From an uncultured Bacilli bacterium (GTDB lineage: Bacteria > Bacillota_I > Bacilli_A > RF39 > UBA660), in NCBI GenBank assembly GCA_934096125.1, contig CAKOLB010000004.1, positions 55,117-119,116 on the forward strand: DNA of 64,000 nucleotides. The letters are read 5' to 3'. A program made the translations under genes and the position numbers. Each line of letters opens with the position of its first letter. The first letter of the stretch is position 1. This document shows positions 50,929-60,463 of the stretch, piece by piece. The notes beneath the pieces were generated by a model. That model saw nothing but the letters and a program-made list of their open reading frames with translations. It was not told the origin of the DNA and searched no databases.

Positions 50929-51840
50929 ATGTTATATATAACTGGTGATACTCATGGAGATTTTTATAGATTTGGTCATTTAGGATTAAATGAAGGTGAT
51001 ATTATGATTATCTTAGGGGATGTGGGTATTAATTATTACTTAGATGAATATGATAAAAAGTTAAAGGAAAGATTAAAAAGATATAATTTTAAATTTTTCT
51101 GTATTCAAGGTAATCATGAAAAAAGACCAGAAAATATTTCAAGTTACCACGAAGTGGAAATGTTTGGCGGTAAAGTATTTGTAGAAGATGAATATCCTAA
51201 TTTAGTATTTGCTAAAAATGGAGAACTTTATAATATTGATGACAAAAGTATTTTAGTAATAGGTGGAGCTTATTCTATTGATAAAGATTATAGAATAAGT
51301 AAAGGATATCCTTGGTTCAAAGATGAACAATTAACTGAGAAAGAGAGACTAAATATATTGGACGAGTATTCTGGTAAACATGTGGATATAATTTTATCTC
51401 ATACTTGTCCATTAAGATATGAACCTAAAGAAAGCTTTAAATTAAGTTTGCCACAGATTGCGATAGATAAATCTATGGAGTATTTTCTAAATGAAGTAGA
51501 GCAAAGAGTAGATTATGGTAAATGGTATTGTGGACATTATCATTTAGAAAAAATTGTGGACAAGTTAGAGTTTATGTTTGGAAGAATTAAAAGTGTTGAC
51601 ACAGGAGAATTTATTCCTAAATATGATTTCCATAATGGCTACAAAATAGTTAGAGATGTATGTAGTCAAAAAGATTATAAATATTGTCCTGAATGTAAAG
51701 GAGATAATATAATTATAGAAAAAGGTGAAGGACATAATATTAATGGTTTAGATTTTATTGCTATCATTTGTAATGATTGTAAAAAAGTTTATGGATTTAA
51801 TGATGTTAATTATAAACGTAATTGTCCTAAAGAATTGTAA
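50929..51840 (+). CDS. Calcineurin-like metallophosphoesterase with C-terminal zinc ribbon
   Basis: GDTHGD and GNHE motifs. C-terminal CPECKG...CNDCKK. Confidence 0.65.
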   Translation: MLYITGDTHGDFYRFGHLGLNEGDIMIILGDVGINYYLDEYDKKLKERLKRYNFKFFCIQGNHEKRPENISSYHEVEMFGGKVFVEDEYPNLVFAKNGELYNIDDKSILVIGGAYSIDKDYRISKGYPWFKDEQLTEKERLNILDEYSGKHVDIILSHTCPLRYEPKESFKLSLPQIAIDKSMEYFLNEVEQRVDYGKWYCGHYHLEKIVDKLEFMFGRIKSVDTGEFIPKYDFHNGYKIVRDVCSQKDYKYCPECKGDNIIIEKGEGHNINGLDFIAIICNDCKKVYGFNDVNYKRNCPKEL

Positions 51841-51914
51841 CTGTGTTTACCAAATTTTAAAATTTATGCTATAATTAAGATGTAATAATTATTTGACTAA
51901 GTGTGGTGAGTAGT

Positions 51915-52550
51915 ATGGAGTATAGAAAATATTCATTTAGACATGCAGAAGATATTTTTAAAAACGATAAGGATTTTACTTATTTATGGAATGAAATTTT
52001 GGAAGTGCTTGATAGTATAAGCGATGATGATTTAATTAATGAATTTAACATTGAAACTAGAAAAGCAAAAAGCATTTCCGAAGCAATTAATAAATTAATT
52101 GCAAAAAGGCTAAGTGAAAAAGGATGGCATGAACAAAGTTACATTTTTGCTGACCCTGATTATTCTGATAATAAAGGTACATGGAGATTAGATTTTGCAA
52201 AAGATAATATTGCAATTGAAGTTGCATTTAATCATGGAGGAAATGTATCTTGGAATTTAATTAAGCCAGTATTATCTAGTGAATTAAATCATGTTAAAAA
52301 GGCAATACAAACTCAAGCTGGCGTTGTCATAACAGCAACTGATGCTATGAAAAAAGCCGGTGGATTTGATAATGCTATCGGTACCTATGAAAAATATGTT
52401 GAATATCTAAAACCATTAAATAATTTGTTAACCACACCTATGATGATAATAGGATTAGAACCACCAAAAAAGTTTACTATTGAGCAGAAAAAAGAAGATG
52501 GTAAAATGGTTGGACATGTTAAATTAAAAGAAGAAGATAATAACTTTTAG
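51915..52550 (+). CDS. Hypothetical protein, possibly a BglII/BstYI-family type II restriction endonuclease
   Basis: From memory, the block RLDFAKDNIAIEVAFNHGGNVSWNLIKPVLSSELNHV resembles the BglII active-site region (D-x9-E-V-Q/x...EL-H). The gene sits beside a GATC-type R-M pair. This is an unverified recollection. Confidence 0.3.
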   Translation: MEYRKYSFRHAEDIFKNDKDFTYLWNEILEVLDSISDDDLINEFNIETRKAKSISEAINKLIAKRLSEKGWHEQSYIFADPDYSDNKGTWRLDFAKDNIAIEVAFNHGGNVSWNLIKPVLSSELNHVKKAIQTQAGVVITATDAMKKAGGFDNAIGTYEKYVEYLKPLNNLLTTPMMIIGLEPPKKFTIEQKKEDGKMVGHVKLKEEDNNF

Positions 52551-52601
52551 ACTTACAATTTTGTGAGTCTTTTTATTTTGAAAAAGAAAGGATACGATAT
52601 T

Positions 52602-52895
52602 ATGAAAATAAAAACAAATAGAGAAGAGGGTTATGTAGTTATGGGTAACTATCATCTAAGAGATAAAAAATTAAGCTTAAAAGCAAAAGGACTATTATCT
52701 ATAATGTTGTCATTACCAGACACATGGTGTTATTCCACGCTAGGATTATCTAGTATTTGTGTTGAAAGCAGGGATACAGTTAGAAATATATTAAAAGAAT
52801 TAAAGGAAGCAAAATATTTAAAGGTAGTTGAAAATAGAGATGAAAATGGTAGATTTAATTATGAATATGTAATTTATGAAAAACCCTATATGTAA
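52602..52895 (+). CDS. Small winged-helix replication-initiator-like protein (paralog of the 48135-48638 ORF)
   Basis: MKIKTNREEGYVVMGNYHLRDKKLSLKAKGLLSIMLSLPDTWCYST. Confidence 0.45.
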   Translation: MKIKTNREEGYVVMGNYHLRDKKLSLKAKGLLSIMLSLPDTWCYSTLGLSSICVESRDTVRNILKELKEAKYLKVVENRDENGRFNYEYVIYEKPYM

Positions 52896-53069
52896 TAATC
52901 CATGGTATCATTACGGTTACATGGATTTCCGTATGCGGTTATTTATTCACAATAAATTATTTAGAAGTAATTAATAAAACAAATAGATAAAGTCGATAAA
53001 ACCTCTATCGATTCAAAAAAAGAGAAGGTTTTATAGTATAATTTCTCTTTTCATTGGTTAATTTAGCTA

Positions 53070-54467
53070 TTAAATAAATTCTTTTAATATATTTTCTAAG
53101 TATTTACTATTTAACCAAAAACAATGCTTTGTATATTCAGCTAATCCTGTTAACTTGTCTTTTACAGGTAATGGCAAAGTATCTTTTGAGTCTCTAGCAT
53201 GTGGTCTAACATGGCAAACTCCATTATCCCCGATTCCTGGAAAGTTAGTATTTCTTTTACCCATATTATCAATTGATTTAATAATATTTCCAGATAAAAT
53301 AATGTTTTTTGTATTATTCCACATATTTTTCACTTCATTTTCAAGTGTTAGTTCTGGCATGTTCCATAATTTTATACCACTAAAGATATAATCATTATCT
53401 TTCTTTTTAAATATAAAGAACATGTATTTTGTAGTTTCTAATTCTTCTTTTAACTTTGATTCTTCCCAATCAGTTGTTTTAAAATCCATATAATTGAAAT
53501 ATGGAAAAGGCATAGATTCTTTAATGTGTCCATTTTCTTCAACTCTGATTGTTCTTGGAACTATATTTGCTTTTTGGAATTCATCAGTATCACGAAGTCT
53601 AGATTTAACATTAAACATTCTAGCTATCAGTATTCCATTTAAATTTTTTGCATTAGAATCAATATTAAATTCATGCATTAATTGTTTTTGAGTTTTCCCC
53701 TGATATTTCTTGGTAACATTTTCAACAAATTCAGTAAATGATTCACCAGCATTTTTAATAACTTTTTCAACATCTTCATAATTTCCAATATATTTTCTAA
53801 CGAGTCCTGTCATATAAGAAGTTTTTAAACAAAATGCTCTTTGCTTTGCTTTAATTGATGAAAAAGGTTGTTCTCTAACGGATTTTTTATTTGCTCCTTT
53901 TGTACAAGCACCAAGATACATTGTATCTGCTTCTGATATCTCATGGGCTTTTCCTTGTTTAATTTTATTAATTATTGTTTCCCAATCCTTAATAATTATT
54001 GGTAAATCTTCTTTTGGAAATGTAAATAATAACTCGTGTGTTATTCTTAAATCATTTTTATTTTTGTGAGGTTCGTAAAAATACCAAATTATTTGAATTT
54101 TATTATTTTTAAACCAAAAATGACTAGAGTAAAATTCATTTTTATATTCATCCATATAATTAATTATGTTTAGAACAAGTCTTTCTTTAGCTGATAAAGT
54201 ATTGTCTTTGTTTTTCTTATACGGTGTAACTTTAAGTTCTATTCCCGCATCAATAAAGTCAGGCGCAGATATTGAATTAATGTTGTATCCATATACATTA
54301 GTTTCAAATAAATGACCAAAGAAAGCTTTATTAAACTTTTCATCATCTTTGTTATATTCATTGTTATAAATAGTTGTTACATTCATATTATTTAATTCTT
54401 TAAAAGTTTTTCCTAATGCACTTTTAGCTAAAATTTGAATTTCATCTTTTGTGTAACTTTTTGCCAT
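53070..54467 (-). CDS. Sau3AI-like type II restriction endonuclease (MutH-like fold, GATC-type)
   Basis: 465 aa with a Sau3AI/MutH-like N-terminal pattern (LAKSALGKTF...FFGHLFE...GIELKVTP). It is divergent from a cytosine-5 methyltransferase gene. Confidence 0.6.
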   Translation of the reverse strand: MAKSYTKDEIQILAKSALGKTFKELNNMNVTTIYNNEYNKDDEKFNKAFFGHLFETNVYGYNINSISAPDFIDAGIELKVTPYKKNKDNTLSAKERLVLNIINYMDEYKNEFYSSHFWFKNNKIQIIWYFYEPHKNKNDLRITHELLFTFPKEDLPIIIKDWETIINKIKQGKAHEISEADTMYLGACTKGANKKSVREQPFSSIKAKQRAFCLKTSYMTGLVRKYIGNYEDVEKVIKNAGESFTEFVENVTKKYQGKTQKQLMHEFNIDSNAKNLNGILIARMFNVKSRLRDTDEFQKANIVPRTIRVEENGHIKESMPFPYFNYMDFKTTDWEESKLKEELETTKYMFFIFKKKDNDYIFSGIKLWNMPELTLENEVKNMWNNTKNIILSGNIIKSIDNMGKRNTNFPGIGDNGVCHVRPHARDSKDTLPLPVKDKLTGLAEYTKHCFWLNSKYLENILKEFI

Positions 54468-54636
54468 AAAAATTTCCTTTCGATCTTGTTTTTATCTCAA
54501 AAATAATTTAAAATATATATATAGTGTTGATCTTTTTAAAATATTATTTTATAATTAATATGTAAGAAGTTGATCTTTTCGCTTAAATATATTATAATAT
54601 ATTTAAATATGTTTAACAATTATTAGGAGGCGTTTT

Positions 54637-55875
54637 ATGCAAAAAACAGTAGTAGAATTATTTGCCGGTGTTGGTGGATTTAGATGTGGATTAAATAATG
54701 TAAAATTAAAAGATAATAAAGTTATTGAAAAAGGTAATTGGAATTTTGTGTGGGCGAATCAATGGGAACCTTCTACTAAAACACAAGAGGCTTTTGAATG
54801 CTATTCAAAAAGATTTGGAAAGGATGATGTTAGTAATGTAGATATATTTCAAGTAAATAAAAAAGAGATACCTAATCATACTTTATTAGTTGGTGGTTTT
54901 CCATGTCAAGATTATTCTGTTGCACAGACACTATCTAATAGCAAAGGAATTGATGGAAAAAAAGGTGTTTTGTGGTGGGCAATTGCAGATATATTAAAAG
55001 TTAAGAAACCTCCATTTGTGTTTTTAGAAAATGTTGATCGCTTACTTCTTTCGCCAGCGAGTCAAAGAGGCAGAGATTTTGGAATAATTTTGAGAAGTTT
55101 TTATGAAAATGGATATGATTTAGAATGGCGAGTTATCAATGCGGGAGAATATGGATTTCAACAAAAACGTAGGAGAATTTATATAATTGCATATCACAAA
55201 TCAACTAAATATTGTAAGAAAATGAGAAAAATTGATAAGAAAAATATATTACTTAAGGAAGGTATTTTCATAAAACAGTTTCCTGTAAAAGAGAAAGAGT
55301 TTAACTCAAATGTATCAAGTATTTCAGAATATAAAGATTTAGTCGATGTTAGTGATAATTTTAAAAACCAATTTTATAATTCTGGAGTTATGATAAATGG
55401 TGAAATATATACTGCCAAATTAGAACATAATTGCGATAGTGTATATCAGTTAGGCAATTTAATAGAAACTAATAAGGTTGATGAAAAATATTTCCTTTCA
55501 AAAGATAGAATTGAGAAATTTAGAATATTAAAGGGAAGTAAAAGAATACCTAGAAAAAAGCCAAATGGAGATGATTACATTTATTCTGAAGGTTCAATGC
55601 CATTTCCTGATAATCTAAATGTTCCTGCTAGAACAATGCTGACTTCAGAAAGTGGAACTAGCAGAATGACACATGTTATAGAGGACTATAGAACTAAAAA
55701 ATTAAGATTTTTAACACCATTAGAGTGTGAAAGAATTAATGGATTTCCAGATAATTGGACAAATACTGGGATGAGTGATAAGAAACGATATTTCATGATG
55801 GGTAACGCTTTAGTAGTAAATGTTGTTGAAAAAATAGGGATTGAATTGGAAAAAATAGTAGAAATGGAAGAGTAA
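54637..55875 (+). CDS. DNA (cytosine-5)-methyltransferase
   Basis: Motif I LFAGVGG, motif IV GGFPCQDYS, motif VI ENV (FLENVDRL), and a C-terminal target-recognition region. Confidence 0.9.
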   Translation: MQKTVVELFAGVGGFRCGLNNVKLKDNKVIEKGNWNFVWANQWEPSTKTQEAFECYSKRFGKDDVSNVDIFQVNKKEIPNHTLLVGGFPCQDYSVAQTLSNSKGIDGKKGVLWWAIADILKVKKPPFVFLENVDRLLLSPASQRGRDFGIILRSFYENGYDLEWRVINAGEYGFQQKRRRIYIIAYHKSTKYCKKMRKIDKKNILLKEGIFIKQFPVKEKEFNSNVSSISEYKDLVDVSDNFKNQFYNSGVMINGEIYTAKLEHNCDSVYQLGNLIETNKVDEKYFLSKDRIEKFRILKGSKRIPRKKPNGDDYIYSEGSMPFPDNLNVPARTMLTSESGTSRMTHVIEDYRTKKLRFLTPLECERINGFPDNWTNTGMSDKKRYFMMGNALVVNVVEKIGIELEKIVEMEE

Positions 55876-55984
55876 ATGAAAAAATGTTAAAATTTGGTAA
55901 TTTATCTAAATAGTGTTATAATTTTATACAGAAGATATGCAGTATTTGTCTTTTTAAGATGGATACTGCATTTTTTTGAAGTAG

Positions 55985-56950
55985 GTGGTAGTATTGGATT
56001 CACTTAATTATGAAGTTTTTAAAAAAATAAAGAAATATTATAATGATAATTGCAAACCTTTAATTTTTGTTGGAGAAAAATTATTATCGCAGAATAACAA
56101 ATGTAAAATGTATTTTTGTGATGTTGATTTAAATCAAGAAAAAGAAAATTATAGAAAAGTTTTTCAAGAATATTTGGCACTTTATGTTAGAAATCATGAT
56201 TTGCTAAAATATTATGATAAGATTATAAAAAGTGAAACAGAAGATGAAATTTCAGAAGCTTTAATTTATTATGGAAATGATTTGTGGAATAATACCGTAT
56301 TGATAACTACAACTACACCAGAGACTTTAGGGATATATGGAGAAGCCATTAATGATTTTTATTTAAATATTGTTAAGAATGAAAATATAATTATCACTTA
56401 TTCAGCAAAAAGGGGGTATGGTGAACGTAATATAAAAGGGGTAGATGTAGTTGCATGTACTTGGAAAAAAGATAATCTTGTACTAATATTTTCTGAGTGT
56501 AAATTTGTCGAATCAATATATAAGGCGTCGTGTGGTTTATATAATGATATAAAGGGAACTCAATATGAATTGGCACATATAAGTAAAGATTATATAAACG
56601 GATATTCTACTTATATTGTTGATAATGCTCATTCAATTTTTGCAGAGAGTAATAATTCAGATAAAATTATAGATGTTTTGGACAAATTGAATAGTAGGAT
56701 AATAAATGGAAACAAGGCGATAGATGTGTTTAATGAATTAAACATAAAAATTCAATTTAATTTCTTTGCAATTTACTGTGATAATAAATTTACACCAGAT
56801 GAAAGACAAATAATGTTTGAAAAAGTATATAATGCTTTTTATGAAAATGTAAAATTAACAGGTATTAAAAATTATGATATGGAAATTGTGTATATACCTA
56901 TTAAAAATACAAGCTCTGTGGTAAAGGAATGTATGAGACAATGGAATTGA
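55985..56950 (+). CDS. HamA-like (DUF1837-type) protein with a PD-(D/E)xK motif; Hachiman-like component A
   Basis: GVDVVACTWKKDNLVLIFSECKF gives D...(E)xK spacing typical of PD-(D/E)xK nucleases. It lies immediately upstream of, and overlaps, an SF2 helicase gene. The TTG or GTG start follows an AGGTGG RBS. Confidence 0.45.
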   Translation: MVVLDSLNYEVFKKIKKYYNDNCKPLIFVGEKLLSQNNKCKMYFCDVDLNQEKENYRKVFQEYLALYVRNHDLLKYYDKIIKSETEDEISEALIYYGNDLWNNTVLITTTTPETLGIYGEAINDFYLNIVKNENIIITYSAKRGYGERNIKGVDVVACTWKKDNLVLIFSECKFVESIYKASCGLYNDIKGTQYELAHISKDYINGYSTYIVDNAHSIFAESNNSDKIIDVLDKLNSRIINGNKAIDVFNELNIKIQFNFFAIYCDNKFTPDERQIMFEKVYNAFYENVKLTGIKNYDMEIVYIPIKNTSSVVKECMRQWN

Positions 56951-59322
56951 CACGAAATACAATTGTAAAGAAAATAAATTTATTTTCAATGGAAAGGAAT
57001 AATAAAGAATTAATAAATCTACTATGTGATATTTTAGAAAGTAAAAATTACATGGATAATTATGATCTTATTTTAATTATAATAAATATTGCCGAACTTT
57101 ATGGTTATCAAGAATTTTTTAATAATTTTGATGCAAATAGTATACCTAAATATAACGTGCATGCAATATCTAATGATATTAGAAAAAATCTATATAAAAG
57201 CAAAAAAGGTAATAATATATATTATAATTCTGGACAATTATCTTTATTAAAAGAATTATCACTATATGATAAGCTTTTTATATCAGCTCCCACGTCATTT
57301 GGTAAAACCAGTTTAGTTTTAGAGCATATAGCAATGAATAACTCAATATATAAAACTATTATTTTTTTAGCTCCAACTAATGCATTAGTAGAAGAATTGT
57401 ATCTAAAATTTTTAAAATTAAATAAAGAATGTAATTTAAATTATGATGTAATAACAATGCCAAAAAATAAAAATAATAATACAATATGGATATTAACACC
57501 AGAGAAATTTTTACTTTTGGTTGAAGAAAAAAGTATAGATTTTGATTTGATAGTTATGGATGAGGCTTATAAAATTGAAAATGAAGAATCAATTGATAGA
57601 AAAGATATTTTAAATTCTAGGTCAAGCAAATATAGGAAAGTAATGGAATATATGGCTAATTCTAATTCGAAGATTATATTTTTATCTCCATATACTTATA
57701 ATAAGGCGCCATCTATGACAAGATTCTTAAAAAAATATAGTATCAAGGATATTGACAGGAATATTAATTATGTAAAAAAAGACATAATAGATATTTATGA
57801 TAGCAAAAGTTATAAAAGTAATTTTTCCAATAGTATATTTAGTATTAAAAAAGGTGATTCTGGGATTAAAAAAGCAATGGCAGCTGTTCCCTATTTATCT
57901 GATAATACAATTATATATGTAAAATATCCAAGTGAGGCAATAAAAGTTTTAGAATTAATGCCTAATGAAAAAGCAAGTATAGATAATGAAAGATTTAAAA
58001 AATTTTTGAACCATTTAAAAGAAAATTATTTATTTGAAGACAGCAATTGGTATATTATAGATGCTCTAGAAAAGGGAATTGGCATATATGTATCACCTAT
58101 TCCTCGATATATAAAAAAAGAAATAATATATTTATTTAATAAGGGAATAATAAAAAAACTTATAGTTACAACTGCATTTGCTGAAGGAGTTAATAGTTCA
58201 GCTAAGAACATAATTATAACAAATAGAATAACAGGATCTAATAAAAAACTAACTAATTTGGATATATTGAATTTAAGTGGTAGAGCAGGCAGATTTGGTG
58301 TATATAGCAAAGGAAAAGTTTTTTCTGCAGTTGAAGAAGTAAGTGATATTTTAAGAAAATCATCTGAAAATGGAGTAATTATAAATAATCCTAATTACGA
58401 ATTAGCAAGTGATATTATACCTAGAACTGATTATGAAATCGATATGATAGATGATTATCTATTAAATGAAGAAGAAAAAAATATAAAGGAAACCACAAAA
58501 AAAAGGCAATTAAATTTTAATTTGACCAACGATGATTTAAATATAGCTTTATCAATTGCAAATGAAATAAAAATCGATGTATATTCATATTTTTTTGAAA
58601 CAATTAACAATGGAAAAATTCAAGATATAAGATTTAATAATATTAAAAATTTATTGTCTACAGAGAAAAATGATATTATAAAATCAATTACATTTATTTT
58701 TAACGAATTAAAAAATGCAGATATTCCAATAGTTTCAGATTTTGGTGATATTAATCCATTTAATAGTAAAGGTGATTTTATTTGGGGCATTTTTTACGGA
58801 ATCCACTCTTCAGGAAATATTAGAGATGTTTTGAAATCAAGAAAAGGCTTTATTTTAAAACAGTTAAGTGAAATTGAAAAAATATTAAATTTAAAACTTA
58901 AAAATTTTAATAATAAAGAAATAGAAAAAATATTACGTGAGTACGATAAAAAATGGATATACGATTATTTAACTAAAGGTGAAATTGATGATGCAAAACT
59001 ATATAATGGTGCATTTAAATTTATATCAAACATAATTGAATATAGAATACCATTTTATATTGGATTGTATATATCAGTTTTTAAAATGTTTTGTAGAAAG
59101 AATAATTTAAATTATGATTTTAATTTTGATATTGTTGAAATATCTACATCATTAGAAAATAAAAATATAGAAAAAAAGTATTCTGATATGTTGGAATTTG
59201 GCATACCATTAGATACAATCAAAAAGATAAATAAATTTAAAAATGATAATAATATTTTTGAAATATTAGATGATTATGAAAAAATTATGTTAAGTGAATA
59301 TAATTACTATTTTGATAAATAA
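56929..59322 (+). CDS. SF2 DExH-type helicase, HamB-like (Hachiman-like component B)
   Basis: Motif I APTSFGKTS, motif II VMDEAY and motif VI SGRAGRFG. 797 aa, overlapping the upstream gene by 22 nt. Confidence 0.5.
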   Translation: MYETMELTRNTIVKKINLFSMERNNKELINLLCDILESKNYMDNYDLILIIINIAELYGYQEFFNNFDANSIPKYNVHAISNDIRKNLYKSKKGNNIYYNSGQLSLLKELSLYDKLFISAPTSFGKTSLVLEHIAMNNSIYKTIIFLAPTNALVEELYLKFLKLNKECNLNYDVITMPKNKNNNTIWILTPEKFLLLVEEKSIDFDLIVMDEAYKIENEESIDRKDILNSRSSKYRKVMEYMANSNSKIIFLSPYTYNKAPSMTRFLKKYSIKDIDRNINYVKKDIIDIYDSKSYKSNFSNSIFSIKKGDSGIKKAMAAVPYLSDNTIIYVKYPSEAIKVLELMPNEKASIDNERFKKFLNHLKENYLFEDSNWYIIDALEKGIGIYVSPIPRYIKKEIIYLFNKGIIKKLIVTTAFAEGVNSSAKNIIITNRITGSNKKLTNLDILNLSGRAGRFGVYSKGKVFSAVEEVSDILRKSSENGVIINNPNYELASDIIPRTDYEIDMIDDYLLNEEEKNIKETTKKRQLNFNLTNDDLNIALSIANEIKIDVYSYFFETINNGKIQDIRFNNIKNLLSTEKNDIIKSITFIFNELKNADIPIVSDFGDINPFNSKGDFIWGIFYGIHSSGNIRDVLKSRKGFILKQLSEIEKILNLKLKNFNNKEIEKILREYDKKWIYDYLTKGEIDDAKLYNGAFKFISNIIEYRIPFYIGLYISVFKMFCRKNNLNYDFNFDIVEISTSLENKNIEKKYSDMLEFGIPLDTIKKINKFKNDNNIFEILDDYEKIMLSEYNYYFDK

Positions 59323-59636
59323 AATCATGTCCGTTGACTGTCCTATAAATTTATGGTAAAATGGTAATATAGGATAAGTGTAAGAGATGCAAATTTATGA
59401 GAGGATTTTCCCTCTTTTTTTGTGTCTTTAAAAAAAATTATCTTTTTGAAAGAAAGGTAAATTTTATCTAAAATATTCTAAACTGTCGGAGACTATTAGT
59501 GGGTTTTAGGGATATTCCCTAACAAGCTAGATGGGTGTGTATACACCATGCTTGATATATTATATTACACGGGTATGTAACCTCAAAATAGGATTTAATG
59601 GTAATCTGAAATGTGGTATGAAATGAAAGGAGAAAT

Positions 59637-60209
59637 ATGGAATTTAAGTCAATGGAGAAGTGGCGTGTTTTACAGAAGTTTAAAATTAGCGAAAAACAGT
59701 ATAAGAGATTAGTGAAAAGATTAAAAAGAAGACATCCTAATGAAAGATGGATTGATGAACATTTTGCTCAAAATGGTGAAAGAGTAGTATATCTAAAATT
59801 AGAATTTGTAGAATGGATAGAAGAAGTTTATTTAAATAACAATCTATTTTATTTAGATGCTGAAATTGTTTTCTTTAAAAAGCAAATATTAAGACTAGAA
59901 GATGAATTAAATTTTCCTCATAGTGGGTTTGAATATGAAGATATATCTTTAAAAGATTTAAGGGAGTATTTTAATAAGAGTAAAGATGTGATAGGTGTTG
60001 CAATAAATAGAATGGAAAAGAGAAATGATAAATCATTCAAGTATATAAAAGATGCTAAAGTTATGATTAATAAAGAAGGCGTTAAATGGTTAAGTGAAAA
60101 CTATTTCCGTAAAGATTATTTAAAAAAGTTAGAATTTTATAAATTAGAACTTCAAAATGTTAAGAGAAAAAGAAATAGATTAAAAGAATATAGTATTTTC
60201 TATTACTAA
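59637..60209 (+). CDS. Hypothetical basic protein upstream of the recombinase (possible recombination directionality factor or regulator)
   Basis: 190-aa ORF, Lys/Arg-rich, with no recognised motif. Confidence 0.3.
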   Translation: MEFKSMEKWRVLQKFKISEKQYKRLVKRLKRRHPNERWIDEHFAQNGERVVYLKLEFVEWIEEVYLNNNLFYLDAEIVFFKKQILRLEDELNFPHSGFEYEDISLKDLREYFNKSKDVIGVAINRMEKRNDKSFKYIKDAKVMINKEGVKWLSENYFRKDYLKKLEFYKLELQNVKRKRNRLKEYSIFYY

Positions 60210-60463
60210 CTAGATTAGTTTGGAATATAACTAATTTTTTTATGTCCTAATTTTGATAATAAAGTCTTATAGTTGTTCTTATTTCATAAAATGAAAGGAG
60301 AGGTGTAGATTAGTGAATATAACTGAAACTTTCGATAAAGATAAAAACTTGGTTGAATTAATAGAGGAGTATTTAAAATTGATGTTAGAAAATAGTAAGC
60401 AATAAGAGTTTGTGATATAATGATATTGCTTATTGAAGTTATACACGTTGGAAGGAGTAGTAA

